Below, in pieces: positions 40,634 through 51,255 of a DNA stretch of 64,000 nt. Origin of the DNA: Synechococcus sp. (GTDB lineage: Bacteria; Cyanobacteriota; Cyanobacteriia; PCC-6307; Cyanobiaceae); NCBI GenBank assembly GCA_047284725.1, contig JBJBEO010000001.1:1080203-1144202 (forward strand). Reading direction: 5' to 3'. How positions within the stretch are numbered: position 1 is the stretch's first letter; each line of letters starts with the position of its first letter. A model generated the notes under the pieces. It saw only the letters and a list, made by a program, of their open reading frames with translations, had not been told where the DNA came from and ran no database searches. The position numbers were made by a program, and so were the translations under genes.

Positions 40634-41227
40634 TCATTCAGCCATTCCTCTGTCTCGTTGGGCTTCCTTGTGGTCCCAGGGGCGGGGAATGCCATCGGGC
40701 ACGCTCCAGACCCCCAGCCGCTCAGCCTTCGCCTTGGCTTCCAAGGTCTTATAGAGAAGATCGTCGCAGCGACCGAGGTGGCCATCGCGGACAAACGCAT
40801 GTCCCTGCCGGATCAGGGATTCGCCAATATCACCACGGGAGATGTTGGGGTTTGTCTGGGACACGCGATCAGTGCGTGGAAGCAGACGTCCCACCAGTCG
40901 TCCTTCAACATCCCTTGCGCGTAATTCCAACGTGATCTCCGTTCCTTCGGGGAGGAGTTCTCTCAAGGCCGCCGTCGCTTCGCTCGCCCACGGCTGTTGA
41001 TCAGGTCTCGGGGCAGCGAGGCAGCTCAGCTTCACCGCGCGACCTTGGCCTCGGCTTTCCACCAGAACTTCCTGGCCGTCATTCACCCTCAAGACTCTGA
41101 CCACTTCACGTGATTGTTGATTGGCTGCCGCCGTTGAGGCCAGAGCTGCTGCGAGGACGAGGCCCGTGAGGGCGCCCCTTCCCCACGGCTTCAAGGGGTG
41201 ATGGAGCCTTTGCATCAGGAGATCCAC
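40634..41227 (-). CDS. Thermonuclease (SNase)-like secreted protein
   Basis: Signal peptide; VNDGQ, APR..QPW, RDVEGRLVG, EAKAKAERLGVWS, PRPWD. Confidence 0.82.
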   Translation of the reverse strand: MDLLMQRLHHPLKPWGRGALTGLVLAAALASTAAANQQSREVVRVLRVNDGQEVLVESRGQGRAVKLSCLAAPRPDQQPWASEATAALRELLPEGTEITLELRARDVEGRLVGRLLPRTDRVSQTNPNISRGDIGESLIRQGHAFVRDGHLGRCDDLLYKTLEAKAKAERLGVWSVPDGIPRPWDHKEAQRDRGMAE

Positions 41228-41293
41228 GCGCTGCTCCCGCGAAGGCTACGGCGATCGTTGTCCAGTTGCCTCTCCATTGAGCATCCTGAAGCG

Positions 41294-41941
41294 ATGGCCG
41301 ACCCTTCCTCTTCTCCTTCTCCTTCGTCTGAGGATCGACGTCTCTACTTCCCGGCGACAATGCGCAACAGGGAGCCCATTGCTGCAGTGATGGCTGACTG
41401 GCTCCCCAGCGAGGGTGTGGTGTTGGAGGTCGCCAGTGGCAGCGGCGAACATGCTGTGTTTTTTCAGCAACGGTTCCCCAGGCTTCGGTGGCAAGCCACA
41501 GATCCAGATCCGTCGCATCTGGCCAGCATTGAGGCCTGGAGGGTTCACCAGGGTCTCAATGATCGGATGCCTGCAGCCTTCGGCCTGGATGTGCTGCAAC
41601 GACCCTGGCCCGTTGCGCCCGGCGCATCCATTGATGCGATTGTGGCCATCAACCTGATTCACATCGCGCCCTGGTTGTGCTGTGAAGCCCTTGTGCGTGA
41701 AGCGGCGCGATTGCTGCCTTCCCATGCTCCCTTGGTGTTGTATGGCCCGTTCCGTCGTGCAGGGGCGCATTGCAGTGAGAGCAATCTTGCCTTTGATCAG
41801 TCGCTGCGCGCTCGCTGCCCAGCATGGGGAGTCCGCGACTTGGAGGCTGTCGAGTTACTGGCGAGTGACTCGGGGTTCACTTCGATGCAGGTCAGAGAGA
41901 TGCCTGCCAACAATCTTGCCCTTGCTTTTTGGTGCTGTTGA
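41294..41941 (+). CDS. DUF938 class I SAM-dependent methyltransferase
   Basis: RNREPI, LEVASGSGEH, NLIHIAPW, YGPF, SNLAFDQSLR, WGVRD, MPANN. Confidence 0.9.
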   Translation: MADPSSSPSPSSEDRRLYFPATMRNREPIAAVMADWLPSEGVVLEVASGSGEHAVFFQQRFPRLRWQATDPDPSHLASIEAWRVHQGLNDRMPAAFGLDVLQRPWPVAPGASIDAIVAINLIHIAPWLCCEALVREAARLLPSHAPLVLYGPFRRAGAHCSESNLAFDQSLRARCPAWGVRDLEAVELLASDSGFTSMQVREMPANNLALAFWCC

Positions 41942-42037
41942 CTTGGCATCAAGTGTCTTCGGAGTGTCTCTGGGGGTACTTCGGGGTTGCTCAGCAGGTG
42001 ATCGGTTGTTAGTTTTGGCTTGTCGAGAAGTTGCTTG

Positions 42038-42280
42038 ATGAAGGGCTTGCCCCGCGAGAATCAGGTCAAGCTCACGGTCTCTGTGCCGCCGAGCCTTCAT
42101 GTGCTCCTCCGCAGTTGGGCTCAATGTGAGGGGCGGGAGCTCACCAGCGTTGTTCTTCAGTGCGTTGAGCTGTCGGTGCGGCAACTCAAGAGCAACGGCT
42201 CCATCCCTGCAGGAGCCATTCGCAACTATGAGATCGCCTGCGAGGAGCGTCTTGCAGGTAGTGGCATGGGGGGCGCCTGA
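42038..42280 (+). CDS. Ribbon-helix-helix-like small protein
   Basis: KLTVSV-PPSLHVLLRSWAQ-CEG-RELTSVVLQCVE beta/helix/G/helix pattern. Confidence 0.65.
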   Translation: MKGLPRENQVKLTVSVPPSLHVLLRSWAQCEGRELTSVVLQCVELSVRQLKSNGSIPAGAIRNYEIACEERLAGSGMGGA

Positions 42281-42708
42281 TGATCCAGCTGGATGTGATC
42301 GAACAGGCTCTGCTCGCACCCTGCATGGATTCAGTGATCGCTGTGAGCGAGCGCTACCAGTATCTGAGCGAGCACAGGGGCGCTCGCGTGTTCACTGCCT
42401 ATCGCGAGGTGGACCACACCCTCTGCGTCGGATTTGCCAAGGATCTCAATCAGGTTGAGCGTCAGAGCCTTAATTCAAGAGGATTTGTCCTGTTCGGCGA
42501 GCGTGACGGGACCCAGCGGGAGCACCGCCTCCTGTTGATGACATTGAATGAAATCGGTTTCTCCGCCACCTACGGACCTCACTATTTCCTGGCATCCAAA
42601 GATTTGCTCAGGCATCTCAGCAATCTCGGCTGGCCCCTCGGAGGGTTGCAGCGACTGGCGCATCCGTCACGGTGTGCTAAGGATGGCTCGTCCGCGTCCC
42701 CCTCGTGA
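42280..42708 (+). CDS. Hypothetical protein, possibly a degenerate GIY-YIG/T5orf172-like fold
   Basis: 1-nt TGATG overlap with upstream ORF; VFTAY..LCVGFAKDL..R..GTQREHRLL..HYF spacing. Confidence 0.6.
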   Translation: MIQLDVIEQALLAPCMDSVIAVSERYQYLSEHRGARVFTAYREVDHTLCVGFAKDLNQVERQSLNSRGFVLFGERDGTQREHRLLLMTLNEIGFSATYGPHYFLASKDLLRHLSNLGWPLGGLQRLAHPSRCAKDGSSASPS

Positions 42709-42833
42709 TGGTGAGATTGGCGCAGGGGAGATTGCTGGCAGTCGTCCTCGCGTTGTTTGAGCGTCTTTTGCTGCTGATGAGCCGTTCAATCGTGAACCCG
42801 CTCTCGGGGAGCTGATCGCGACGGCAAGGCAAT

Positions 42834-42858
42834 GAAAAACCCAGTCAATGACTGGGTT
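42834..42858 (-). terminator. Terminator downstream of tRNA-Ser
   Basis: Inverted repeat aacccagtca-a-tgactgggtt, followed by a T run on the minus strand. Confidence 0.7.
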
Positions 42859-42895
42859 CGAGATTTGTCCTGGATCTTTCAGGACGTTGTTTCAA

Positions 42896-42980
42896 CGGAG
42901 AGGGTGGGATTCGAACCCACGGAGGCTCGCACCTCGCTGGTTTTCAAGACCAGAGCCATCAACCACTCGACCACCTCTCC
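42896..42980 (-). tRNA. trnS: tRNA-Ser (anticodon TGA), CCA not encoded
   Basis: Reverse complement GGAGAGGTGGTCGAGTGG...CTGGTCTTGAAAACCAG..long variable arm..GTGGGTTCGAATCCCACCCTCTCCG. Confidence 0.97.
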
Positions 42981-43030
42981 ATGGGTGTCGCCTGAAGATC
43001 AGGAGACACCATTTTAGTCCCTGAGGGTCT

Positions 43031-45361
43031 TCAGTTCTCAGGTTTCGCCAGCGGCAGTAGGCATTTGTCGGAATCGCAGCCCGCAGGGCCCGCTTCACTC
43101 AGTTCACCACTGTCATACCGCTGCAATGCATCGAAGAAGTCGTTGTTCACGCGGCGTTTCACCACCTCGGCCTGCATCGTCTCGTAGGTCGAGGCGTCAA
43201 TGGGCTCGAACGGCAGCCTTGGGAAGGTGGCGTTCGCATCAAAGCGAGCCAACAGAGCTGCCGAGATGTACCCCTCGCCGTTTTCGATGGTCTGGTGGAG
43301 GGCATCCGCCAGAGGTTCAATTTCGTGTTCGCGGAACTCGATGGTGGCTGAAGTGTTGTGGGCGGTGTAGTGGGTTTGCACCTGCATATAGAAGTCGAAT
43401 TGCGCCATCGCGGAGAACGCGTTGATGTCGACGGCATCGGCTCCGGGCAGGTTGGCCCAGCTCACCTCGGTTGGAATTTCCACCAGCCACTCCGTGCAAC
43501 GGGGATCGAATGGATCATCCAGAAGGCGACCCTGTTCGTCTTTGTCCGACTGCGATGGCACAACGGTGTAGCCGTAATCCATGCAGGCCATCGCCACCGG
43601 ATCGTTCTTCCGGAAGGTGATGCGTCGGATGAAGCGCTGTGCCTTGGGGGGATGCCATCCGGGTGCTGCGCCGGTGAGCAAGCTCTTGGTTCCAGCCGGT
43701 TGCACCGTGGTGCATCGGTTGGGACGGCGCAAGCCATGACGGTCGCAGTACTCCCAGACCGTCTCGTTGACGATGGTCTTCCATCGGCTCAAGTATTCGG
43801 CTTCCTGGCGCTTGAACTCCCGACCCTCGTCACTGTCGGGGCGTCCTGCTTCCCACCAGTTCAGCCAAGGGGTGCCGAAAGCATGGACAAAGAAATCGAA
43901 CAAGCCTGTGAAACTCACACCCACGATTGGATCCCAGGCTCGGCTTTGTCGATACCGTTCGATCTCAAAGCGATGATTCAGCAAACACGCCACCGATAAG
44001 GCGCCGGCGCGGAAGGCGTCGCGTTGGCCTTCGTCATCAGTGGGATCAATCTGATTGAGATGAATCTCCGCCAGATTGCAGTGGAAATCAGCACCCAGGA
44101 TTTCTCCACAAGGATTGAGGCCGTAGCGGCTGAGGCGGTGCTCGAGCTCAGCGGCATCGATCGGGCCATGGTGCAACTCAAGCCAGCGACCAGCTTCGTC
44201 GCGGCCCTGATCGCAGTAGATATCGATGAATTCCTTGCGAAGTTCAGGCGTGGTGAGCAGATCAGCGTTGGAGCGGGCCAGGGCTTCGGGTGCGAACTGA
44301 ATGGCCCCCTCACCTGAATGGAATTGTTTGGTCACCGCCTGCAGCAACACCTCTTTGCTCGGCCGTGTGTGATAGACGCGTGTGTGGTTCGCCATCCTCA
44401 GGGCATCCCTTTCAGGATCGATCCTCCAGTTGCCCTCGCTGTCTTGCTGCCAGAGGTTGTCTTTGGCGGAAGCCGCTTCCTGATCGTCGGCCGCGAACTG
44501 GCGCATGCCGGCACTGCGGCGAATGTTGCCAGCGACAATCGTCACGGCGGCCTCGTCGATCAGCAGGCAGCATTCAATCGACGTGAGTCGACGGCCGATC
44601 GCTTTACCAAGCAAACGGGCCACCCGCCCGTAGAGATCCTTCAGCTTGACGGGATTGGCCATGCCGCCGAACCCCTTCAGCGTTTCACCAACCGGGCGTA
44701 CATCGGAGAGATCGACGCTCACCTGAACGGTCTGACCGTTAAAACGCTCATCGCTGCAAAGTTCAAGGATGAGCTGGTAGCTATCAACCCAGCCACGACG
44801 CGTATCACCCACCTTGATGGAGACGTGGTTGCCGTCGACGCTGTGCGTGGTGACCTCCTGACGCTTGCCAGCTTGGGTGACGCCGATGTCGCTGACCGCA
44901 AGGATTTCGATCGGGTTGCGAACGATGGGCAGCCTGTCGATCAAGCGCGGCTCGATGATTGCGCCGGTGCCGCAACCCATCATCGCCAGGTCCATCATCA
45001 GACCGAAGGCTTCCCAGTCGATCAGATTGGTGGATGTGCAGTTGTAGGCACCGGAAAAGTTGACCTGCTGCTCGATCCAGGGAGTCCCGCCGATCCAGAG
45101 CCACCGACCCGATGGCAGAGCCTTTTTCTCGGCTTGCATGCGGGCCATCAATGCGACGTCCTCATCGCTGAGGTCGCCAAGGCGATGCAGACCGGCGAGG
45201 TTGCGTTGACCCACCTGATCCCAGCTCTCTCGACCCGTTGAGGTCTTACGGCTGTAGGTCCGATAAAAGACGGGGTTCGCTGCAGGGGCAGTCGCAGGGA
45301 AGTCACCGTTGGCCAGAGCGAGCTCTTTGGCGTCCGCCGGACGGCTTGGGGTCAGAGTCAC
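43031..45361 (-). CDS. nrdJ: Class II (adenosylcobalamin-dependent) ribonucleoside-triphosphate reductase
   Basis: VFYRTYSR, LPSGRWLW, AYNC, GNIRRSA, GLNPCGEI, TTVQPAGTKSLL, C-terminal GCDSDKC. Confidence 0.96.
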   Translation of the reverse strand: MTLTPSRPADAKELALANGDFPATAPAANPVFYRTYSRKTSTGRESWDQVGQRNLAGLHRLGDLSDEDVALMARMQAEKKALPSGRWLWIGGTPWIEQQVNFSGAYNCTSTNLIDWEAFGLMMDLAMMGCGTGAIIEPRLIDRLPIVRNPIEILAVSDIGVTQAGKRQEVTTHSVDGNHVSIKVGDTRRGWVDSYQLILELCSDERFNGQTVQVSVDLSDVRPVGETLKGFGGMANPVKLKDLYGRVARLLGKAIGRRLTSIECCLLIDEAAVTIVAGNIRRSAGMRQFAADDQEAASAKDNLWQQDSEGNWRIDPERDALRMANHTRVYHTRPSKEVLLQAVTKQFHSGEGAIQFAPEALARSNADLLTTPELRKEFIDIYCDQGRDEAGRWLELHHGPIDAAELEHRLSRYGLNPCGEILGADFHCNLAEIHLNQIDPTDDEGQRDAFRAGALSVACLLNHRFEIERYRQSRAWDPIVGVSFTGLFDFFVHAFGTPWLNWWEAGRPDSDEGREFKRQEAEYLSRWKTIVNETVWEYCDRHGLRRPNRCTTVQPAGTKSLLTGAAPGWHPPKAQRFIRRITFRKNDPVAMACMDYGYTVVPSQSDKDEQGRLLDDPFDPRCTEWLVEIPTEVSWANLPGADAVDINAFSAMAQFDFYMQVQTHYTAHNTSATIEFREHEIEPLADALHQTIENGEGYISAALLARFDANATFPRLPFEPIDASTYETMQAEVVKRRVNNDFFDALQRYDSGELSEAGPAGCDSDKCLLPLAKPEN

Positions 45362-45394
45362 TGGAGGGGGTCTAACGATCGTTTTGGCACCCTA

Positions 45395-45442
45395 ACTCCA
45401 CCACTGGGGTCTGCAAGTGATCGTCGCCACTATTGGCAGTGC
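45395..45442. promoter_or_regulatory. Two candidate NrdR boxes upstream of nrdJ, 32 bp apart
   Basis: actccaccactggggt (45395) and ccactattggcagtgc (45427) partly match acaCwAtATaTwGtgt. Confidence 0.3.
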
Positions 45443-45661
45443 ATCGGCTGCGAGTGGTTGACGGCTGGAGCATCCCTGCCGCTGCTCTCGCAGGCCCTGC
45501 GGATGGTGCTGGCGTTCACATCGCCCCCACGCTTTGGCCGATGATGAGGAGCACAGCCCCGATGTCCGCAAGAAGTGCCTGAAGCGCGGATGGGTGAAGA
45601 GTGGCTTGAACGTCTCTTCCTGACTCGCTCTTCCTGACTCCCAAACTCAATCGTCAAAACG

Positions 45662-46372
45662 ATGATGCAGCGCATTCCTGAGCCTGAGTTGATGGAGTCG
45701 GCGCCGCAGGTGTCTGCCTATGCCTCCGCAAACTTCAGTGAGACGGACGCATCGGTGTTGACTCGGCTGGCAGCGCTTGTCCGGCAGTTCGGCTTAGAGC
45801 CAACCGAGGACGATGTGTTGGTGGATCTGGGTTGTGGACCTGGCAACATTTCAGAGCGATTGCATCGACGCTGGCCGATGTGCCAGGTCATCGGTCTGGA
45901 TGGTGCGGACGCCATGCTTGGGGCTGCTCGTTCCCGTCAGGCCGACTTGGCTGGCTCTGACGCCCACCTGCAGTATCGACGGGCTGGACTGGCCGAGCTG
46001 GCCATGCATGGTTGGCGCGCTGTGGCTGATGTGGGCGGAGCCGAGGCGGCACTGGTGATCAGCAACAGCCTGCTGCACCATCTTCACAACCCCCACCAGC
46101 TGTGGCAAGCCATGCTCAAGCTGTCCAGGCCTGGAGCGGTGGTGATGCATCGCGACCTGCGCCGTCCCGCCAGTGCTCAGGAGGCTCTCGCCCTGCGGGA
46201 GCGTTATCTGCCTCAGGCCCCTGACGTGCTGCGTCGTGACTATCTGGCGTCGCTGCATGCAGCCTTCACTGTGGAGGAGGTCAGGGCTCAGTTGGATCAG
46301 CTTGGCCTCAGCGCCCTGCGGGTTGAGGCGGTGGCAGACCGTTATCTCGAGGTGACAGGGCGCTTGGATTGA
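45662..46372 (+). CDS. Class I SAM-dependent methyltransferase
   Basis: RIPEPELM, VDLGCGPG, GLDGADAML, SNSLLHHL, DLRRP, SLHAAFT. Confidence 0.88.
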   Translation: MMQRIPEPELMESAPQVSAYASANFSETDASVLTRLAALVRQFGLEPTEDDVLVDLGCGPGNISERLHRRWPMCQVIGLDGADAMLGAARSRQADLAGSDAHLQYRRAGLAELAMHGWRAVADVGGAEAALVISNSLLHHLHNPHQLWQAMLKLSRPGAVVMHRDLRRPASAQEALALRERYLPQAPDVLRRDYLASLHAAFTVEEVRAQLDQLGLSALRVEAVADRYLEVTGRLD

Positions 46373-46423
46373 TCGGTCCGGTCGGCCCTCGGGCTGGCAG
46401 GCTGGCACGATCGTCCGAGGAGA

Positions 46424-48088
46424 TTGAGTCCGGTGTCCGCCAACGTGAACAACGCTTCGAAGCCCGAAGCCGCCTCGCTGGAGGACCTGGCAGAGGCCGT
46501 GGATCGGCGCCGGAATTTCGCGATCATTTCCCACCCTGACGCCGGCAAGACGACGCTGACTGAAAAACTTCTGCTTTATGGGGGTGCCATTCAGCAGGCG
46601 GGTGCCGTCAAGGCGCGTGGAGAACAAAGGAAAGTGACATCTGACTGGATGGAGCTTGAAAAGCAGCGCGGCATTTCGATCACCTCCACCGTTCTTCAAT
46701 TCGACTACGGCCCCAACATCATCAACCTGCTGGACACGCCTGGTCACCAGGACTTTTCCGAGGACACCTACAGAACACTGGCGGCCGCTGATAACGCGGT
46801 GATGCTCGAAGATGCGGCCAAGGGTCTTGAACCACAGACCCGCAAATTGTTCGAGGTTTGTCGCATGAGACAGATCCCGATCTTCACCTTCATCAACAAA
46901 ATGGATCGCCCCGGCCGCGATCCCCTCAGCTTGCTTGATGAGATCGAATCGGAACTCAAGCTGACTCCCTGGGCTGTGAATTGGCCGATCGGAAGCGGTG
47001 AGCAGTTCCGTGGTGTGATTGATCGTCGAAGTCGCCTCGTGATTCTGTTCAGTCGCGCCGAGCGGGGGCGTCAGTCGGAGGAGCTGGAGCTGGAGCTGGC
47101 TGATCCCAGGCTTGCAGACCTCGTAGAGGCCGATCTGCTTGAGCAGGCGGTGGAAGAGCTGGAGCTGCTGGAAGCGGCAGGCGCTGAACTCGACCTGGAG
47201 ATGGTGCATGCCGGTGAACTGACGCCCGTGTTCTTCGGTTCAGCCATGACCAACTTTGGAGTGCGTCCCTTTCTGGACGCTTTTCTGGAGATGGCGCAGC
47301 GTCCGATTGCTCGCAGTGGTAGTGATGGACTCATCGATCCCCTCAGGCCCGAGTTCAGTGGATTTGTGTTCAAACTTCAGGCCAACATGGATCCTCGCCA
47401 TCGCGACCGAGTGGCGTTCGTGCGGGTGTGCAGTGGTCGGTTCGAAAAAGATATGAGCGTGCGCCATGCCCGCACAGGGAAGTCGATTCGCTTGTCCAGA
47501 CCGCAAAAACTGTTTGGCCAGGACCGTGCGGTGGTCGAAGATGCGTATCCAGGCGATGTCATTGGTCTCAATAACCCTGGAATGTTCGCGATTGGAGACA
47601 CGCTCTACACAGGATCCAAGGTGGAATTCGAGGGCATTCCCTGTTTCAGTCCGGAGATCTTCAGCTGGTTACGCAACCCCAACCCTTCGGCCTTCAAAAA
47701 CTTCCGGAAGGGCGTGAATGAGCTCCGTGAGGAAGGCGCTGTACAGATCCTCTATGACACCGATCAAAGTCGGCGTGATCCCATCCTCGCGGCGGTAGGC
47801 CAGCTTCAGCTGGAAGTGGTTCAGCACCGCCTTGAGAACGAATATGGCGTTGAAACCCGTCTGGAGCCGATGGGCTACCAGGTGGCGCGTTGGGTGGATG
47901 GTGGCTGGCCAGCCCTGGAACAAATCGGTCGCATCTTCAACTGCAAAACCGTGCAAGACGCCTGGCAGCGACCTGTTTTGCTGTTCAAGAACACCTGGAA
48001 TCTCAATCAGTTGATCGAGGAGCATGCCGACCTGGAGCTGAGTGCGGTGGCGCCGGTTGTGAGTGGCGTGGAACCGATCAGTCTTTGA
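46424..48088 (+). CDS. prfC: Peptide chain release factor 3
   Basis: [49 protein letters not shown]. Confidence 0.98.
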   Translation: MSPVSANVNNASKPEAASLEDLAEAVDRRRNFAIISHPDAGKTTLTEKLLLYGGAIQQAGAVKARGEQRKVTSDWMELEKQRGISITSTVLQFDYGPNIINLLDTPGHQDFSEDTYRTLAAADNAVMLEDAAKGLEPQTRKLFEVCRMRQIPIFTFINKMDRPGRDPLSLLDEIESELKLTPWAVNWPIGSGEQFRGVIDRRSRLVILFSRAERGRQSEELELELADPRLADLVEADLLEQAVEELELLEAAGAELDLEMVHAGELTPVFFGSAMTNFGVRPFLDAFLEMAQRPIARSGSDGLIDPLRPEFSGFVFKLQANMDPRHRDRVAFVRVCSGRFEKDMSVRHARTGKSIRLSRPQKLFGQDRAVVEDAYPGDVIGLNNPGMFAIGDTLYTGSKVEFEGIPCFSPEIFSWLRNPNPSAFKNFRKGVNELREEGAVQILYDTDQSRRDPILAAVGQLQLEVVQHRLENEYGVETRLEPMGYQVARWVDGGWPALEQIGRIFNCKTVQDAWQRPVLLFKNTWNLNQLIEEHADLELSAVAPVVSGVEPISL

Positions 48089-48148
48089 ACGCGGGGCTCG
48101 CGGTCTGCTGATCGTCTCGCCAGACTTTTTTAAATCCATAAGACCGCG

Positions 48149-48373
48149 ATGGTGACCACCATCTGGTTACACCGTCCTAGTGATGACGGCGGCACCGATT
48201 ACGTCTGCTTTCGCAATGTTCAGGGAGGTGTCGAGATTCTCGAGGGCTATCACCTTCCTCCCCAGATGCCCTTGATCAAGACCCGCCTTTCGCTGGGCGT
48301 CTCGCAGGCCCAGAAGCGGCGCGCCCACTTGGAGGAGTGCCTCGGTTATCGCCATGGCCCTGCCGTGTTTTGA
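48149..48373 (+). CDS. Small hypothetical protein, DUF1651-like
   Basis: MPLIKTR..A..LEECLGY..PAVF ending resembles the picocyanobacterial DUF1651 pattern. Confidence 0.55.
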   Translation: MVTTIWLHRPSDDGGTDYVCFRNVQGGVEILEGYHLPPQMPLIKTRLSLGVSQAQKRRAHLEECLGYRHGPAVF

Positions 48374-48459
48374 GACTGGCCGCTTTGCATCGAGCTTGTG
48401 CATCGGTTCGCCGCCTCGGCAACTGAATCGATACGCTGCTATCAGCGCAGGTTGGTGTT

Positions 48460-49149
48460 ATGGCTTCCGGGGTTGATTCCGGTTCTGATCCCGGTTCACA
48501 GGACCCATACGCAAAGTTAGGAATCTCTGCCGACAGCGGTTTTGAGGACGTTCAGCGGGCCAAGGCTGCGGCCTTGACGTCAGCGGGCGATGACCCCCAA
48601 GCCAGGGCCAAGGTTGAGGCGGCTTACGACGCCGTTCTGATGGCGCGCCTGAGAGATCGACAGTCCGGGAAGGTGAGCATGGCTGCCGCCAATGCATCGG
48701 CTCGGGAACAACAGGGCGCGACGCAGGTGGCCGGGAGTGCGGACGATTCGGGTGTGTTGACGCGCCTGCGTCAGTTGTCTCTTCCCACGCCATCGATTTC
48801 CACGGCGGGATGGATGCCCGACCTGAGACTGGTGGAAGGTCAGGATCTGTTGGTGCGTGCCGGGGTTGGTGTTGTCGGACTTCTGCTTCTGATGGCCACC
48901 ACCGGCACCGCTGATCTGGTGTTGTCCCTGGCCACGATCGGCTTGTTCATCAGCCAGGTGCGTCGAGGCCGACGACCGTTGGCCTCGCTGGGGTGGAGCT
49001 TGCTTCTGCTCGCTGTTGGTCTTGCTGTTGGAGCCCTGCTTCTCAGTGCGATGGGTGCAGGCACCGCCACCTTGCCTGTGGCCCCTGATCAGGTGCAGGC
49101 GCTTCCGGCATTTCTCCTCATGCTTGCGGGTGCCTTGCTGCTGGCCTAG
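48460..49149 (+). CDS. CPP1-like (DUF3353) J-like membrane protein
   Basis: [29 protein letters not shown] without HPD; C-terminal TMs. Confidence 0.85.
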   Translation: MASGVDSGSDPGSQDPYAKLGISADSGFEDVQRAKAAALTSAGDDPQARAKVEAAYDAVLMARLRDRQSGKVSMAAANASAREQQGATQVAGSADDSGVLTRLRQLSLPTPSISTAGWMPDLRLVEGQDLLVRAGVGVVGLLLLMATTGTADLVLSLATIGLFISQVRRGRRPLASLGWSLLLLAVGLAVGALLLSAMGAGTATLPVAPDQVQALPAFLLMLAGALLLA

Positions 49150-50051
49150 GCGGCCTTGATCAGTTCCTCCAGGCTTGCCGCATCCACCTTGTACACCTCA
49201 CTGCAGAAGTGACAGGTGAGTTCAGCGCCTCCATCGTCTTCAAGCATGGAGGTGAGTTCCTCAGCGCCCAGGAGCTGCAGTGCTCCAAGGCTTCGCTCAA
49301 AGCTGCAGGGGCAGTGAAAGCGGATCGGTTGGCTCGGTTCTCCGGCTGGAATCGGCTGGGGGTCGAGATCAGGGAACACCTGCTTGAGCAGGTCTTCAAG
49401 GTTGTTTTCACAGGCGGCAAGCAATCCGCTGAAGTTGTCGATCTCACGGCAGCGTTCCTCCAGCAGTGCCACCAGGGCTGGCTCTTCGGCTGCTTTCGGA
49501 AGCACCTGCACCAGGAGTGCACCACTGCTTTGCAGCCCGTCGCTGTTGATCTGTTCGCCGACAAACACCGCTGAAGGGGTCTGCTCCGAATGGAGCAGGT
49601 AGGAGGCCACGTCCTCGCCGATCCCGCCGCGCACCAGCTCCACTGTGCTGCTGAAAGGCTCCCCTTTGCCTTCATCCCGCACCACGTGCAGATAGCCCGT
49701 CCCCGCAGCTGCGGCGAAGTCGAAGCCGTAATGCCCCTGTTCATCGGCGACGGGATCGAGTTCCAGTGCCGGGTTGCCCACATAACCACGCACGGTGCCG
49801 TTGCGGCCTGCATCCACGGAAAGTCCGCGCAGGGGACCGTCTGAACCAAAGCGAAGATTCACCCGGCCATGGCTCACTTTCATCGAGCTCGCCAGCAGAA
49901 GGCCCGCCCCCATGGCCCGACCCAGCATCACCGTGGTGAGGTACGACATGCCATGGCGTCTCTGGGCCTCTCGGGTGGCCTCCGTGGTGGTCACGGCCAC
50001 CAGACGAATACCGCCCCCGGCTGCAGTGGCCCGGACGAGGCGGTCACGCAT
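49146..50051 (-). CDS. hslO: Hsp33 redox-regulated chaperone
   Basis: GPLRG, GTVRGYV, SEQTPS, FHCPCS and CHFC zinc motif. Confidence 0.96.
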   Translation of the reverse strand: MRDRLVRATAAGGGIRLVAVTTTEATREAQRRHGMSYLTTVMLGRAMGAGLLLASSMKVSHGRVNLRFGSDGPLRGLSVDAGRNGTVRGYVGNPALELDPVADEQGHYGFDFAAAAGTGYLHVVRDEGKGEPFSSTVELVRGGIGEDVASYLLHSEQTPSAVFVGEQINSDGLQSSGALLVQVLPKAAEEPALVALLEERCREIDNFSGLLAACENNLEDLLKQVFPDLDPQPIPAGEPSQPIRFHCPCSFERSLGALQLLGAEELTSMLEDDGGAELTCHFCSEVYKVDAASLEELIKAA

Positions 50052-50056
50052 GGATC

Positions 50057-50704
50057 TCAATCAGCTGGGGCCAATGGTGACAGAGCACGGAGTCGTCCTC
50101 CCTGCAATTTCCATTCTTCGCATGCCCAGCGATGGAACAGATCCGGCTCATGGGTCACCACGATCAGCACTTTGTCCTTGGCGAGATCCTGAAGAAGTGA
50201 GAGCACGTCATCCCGCACGGACCAATCCAGTCCGGCTGTGGGTTCGTCGAGCAGCAGCACATCAGGCTCCCGCAGGAGTTGAACCGCCAGCGCCAGGCGT
50301 CGTTGCTGCCCACCGCTGAGACGTTCAGGTGCTTGCTTGAGATCGATGGCGTGGAGGCCAACCCGTCGCAGAACCTGGTGGATGCGTTCCGTGCTCAGCC
50401 GTCGGTGGCCGAGTTTGAGCTCCTGGATCACGCTCAAGCCGAGGAAATGGCGTTCCGGAAACTGGAACAGCACCCCACACAGCCAGCGTCGCTGACGTCG
50501 TGTCAGTCGCGCACCATGCCAGTGCACTGAGCCATCCTGTTCGCCGGCAAGGCCACTGATCACTTCGATCAGACTGGTTTTACCGCTGCCGCTGGCCCCC
50601 GAAATCAGCATGGGGCGACCAACGCCAATCCGGAGATTGATGCTCTCCAGGATGGGGTGCTCGGTGGTGGCCGGCTGATAACGCAGGTTGATCAGTTCAA
50701 GCAT
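50057..50704 (-). CDS. ABC transporter ATP-binding protein
   Basis: [39 protein letters not shown]. Confidence 0.92.
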   Translation of the reverse strand: MLELINLRYQPATTEHPILESINLRIGVGRPMLISGASGSGKTSLIEVISGLAGEQDGSVHWHGARLTRRQRRWLCGVLFQFPERHFLGLSVIQELKLGHRRLSTERIHQVLRRVGLHAIDLKQAPERLSGGQQRRLALAVQLLREPDVLLLDEPTAGLDWSVRDDVLSLLQDLAKDKVLIVVTHEPDLFHRWACEEWKLQGGRLRALSPLAPAD

Positions 50705-50799
50705 CAGGTGCTGTCTGAGCCGTGGGCAGCGATCGTGTCGCCACAGCTTGACCGATCCGTGCACCTCTGCAGCGATGATGAGGTGGGAAGTGCAAAAGC

Positions 50800-51249
50800 A
50801 TGAACGTTCGTTTTCGAGACGTTGATCCGTTTAACTGTTGGTTATGGCTGCGATTCGCAGAGGTGCCCAGTCAGGGGGAACGGAATTACGTGGATGGCGT
50901 CTTTGACAGCTGGTATGTGTTGGGCCGGCTCGGTGCCTTCAATGCCGAAAACCTCCAGAGTCATGAGGAAGGCGATGAGCTCAGCTGGATGAGTTACGAC
51001 AATGAGGAGGCAGCGGCAGCCATGCCTGCCTTGATGCACAACATGGGCCAGCTTGAATACAACGAGCAGTGGGGCCGTTGCTGGGTGGATCTGGGGACCA
51101 GTGATGCCCTCGCCCTCGATGTCCTGATCAATGCCTTGCGCCAGCTCGACAGTGATGTGGTGCAGCTGGAGGAAGTGTTGGTGGGTGGTGAAAACGAGGA
51201 TTGGCCCGTCGAGGAGCATCCGGACAGCGTGTTCCCTTCCATGAACTGA
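50800..51249 (+). CDS. DUF3531 family protein
   Basis: FRDVDPFNCWLWL, SWYVLGRLGAFNAENLQ, WGRCWVDLGTSD. Confidence 0.85.
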   Translation: MNVRFRDVDPFNCWLWLRFAEVPSQGERNYVDGVFDSWYVLGRLGAFNAENLQSHEEGDELSWMSYDNEEAAAAMPALMHNMGQLEYNEQWGRCWVDLGTSDALALDVLINALRQLDSDVVQLEEVLVGGENEDWPVEEHPDSVFPSMN

Positions 51250-51255
51250 AGCCCG

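Noticed and set aside
36460..42895. Intact prophage or integrative element at tRNA-Ser
   Set aside because: No integrase, structural genes or att duplication visible.
42832..43098. ORFs overlapping the tRNA
   Set aside because: Explained by tRNA-Ser and its terminator.
43031..45661. Intein in NrdJ or cobalamin riboswitch upstream
   Set aside because: Protein is continuous with no splice or LAGLIDADG motifs; no B12-box recognised in the intergenic region.
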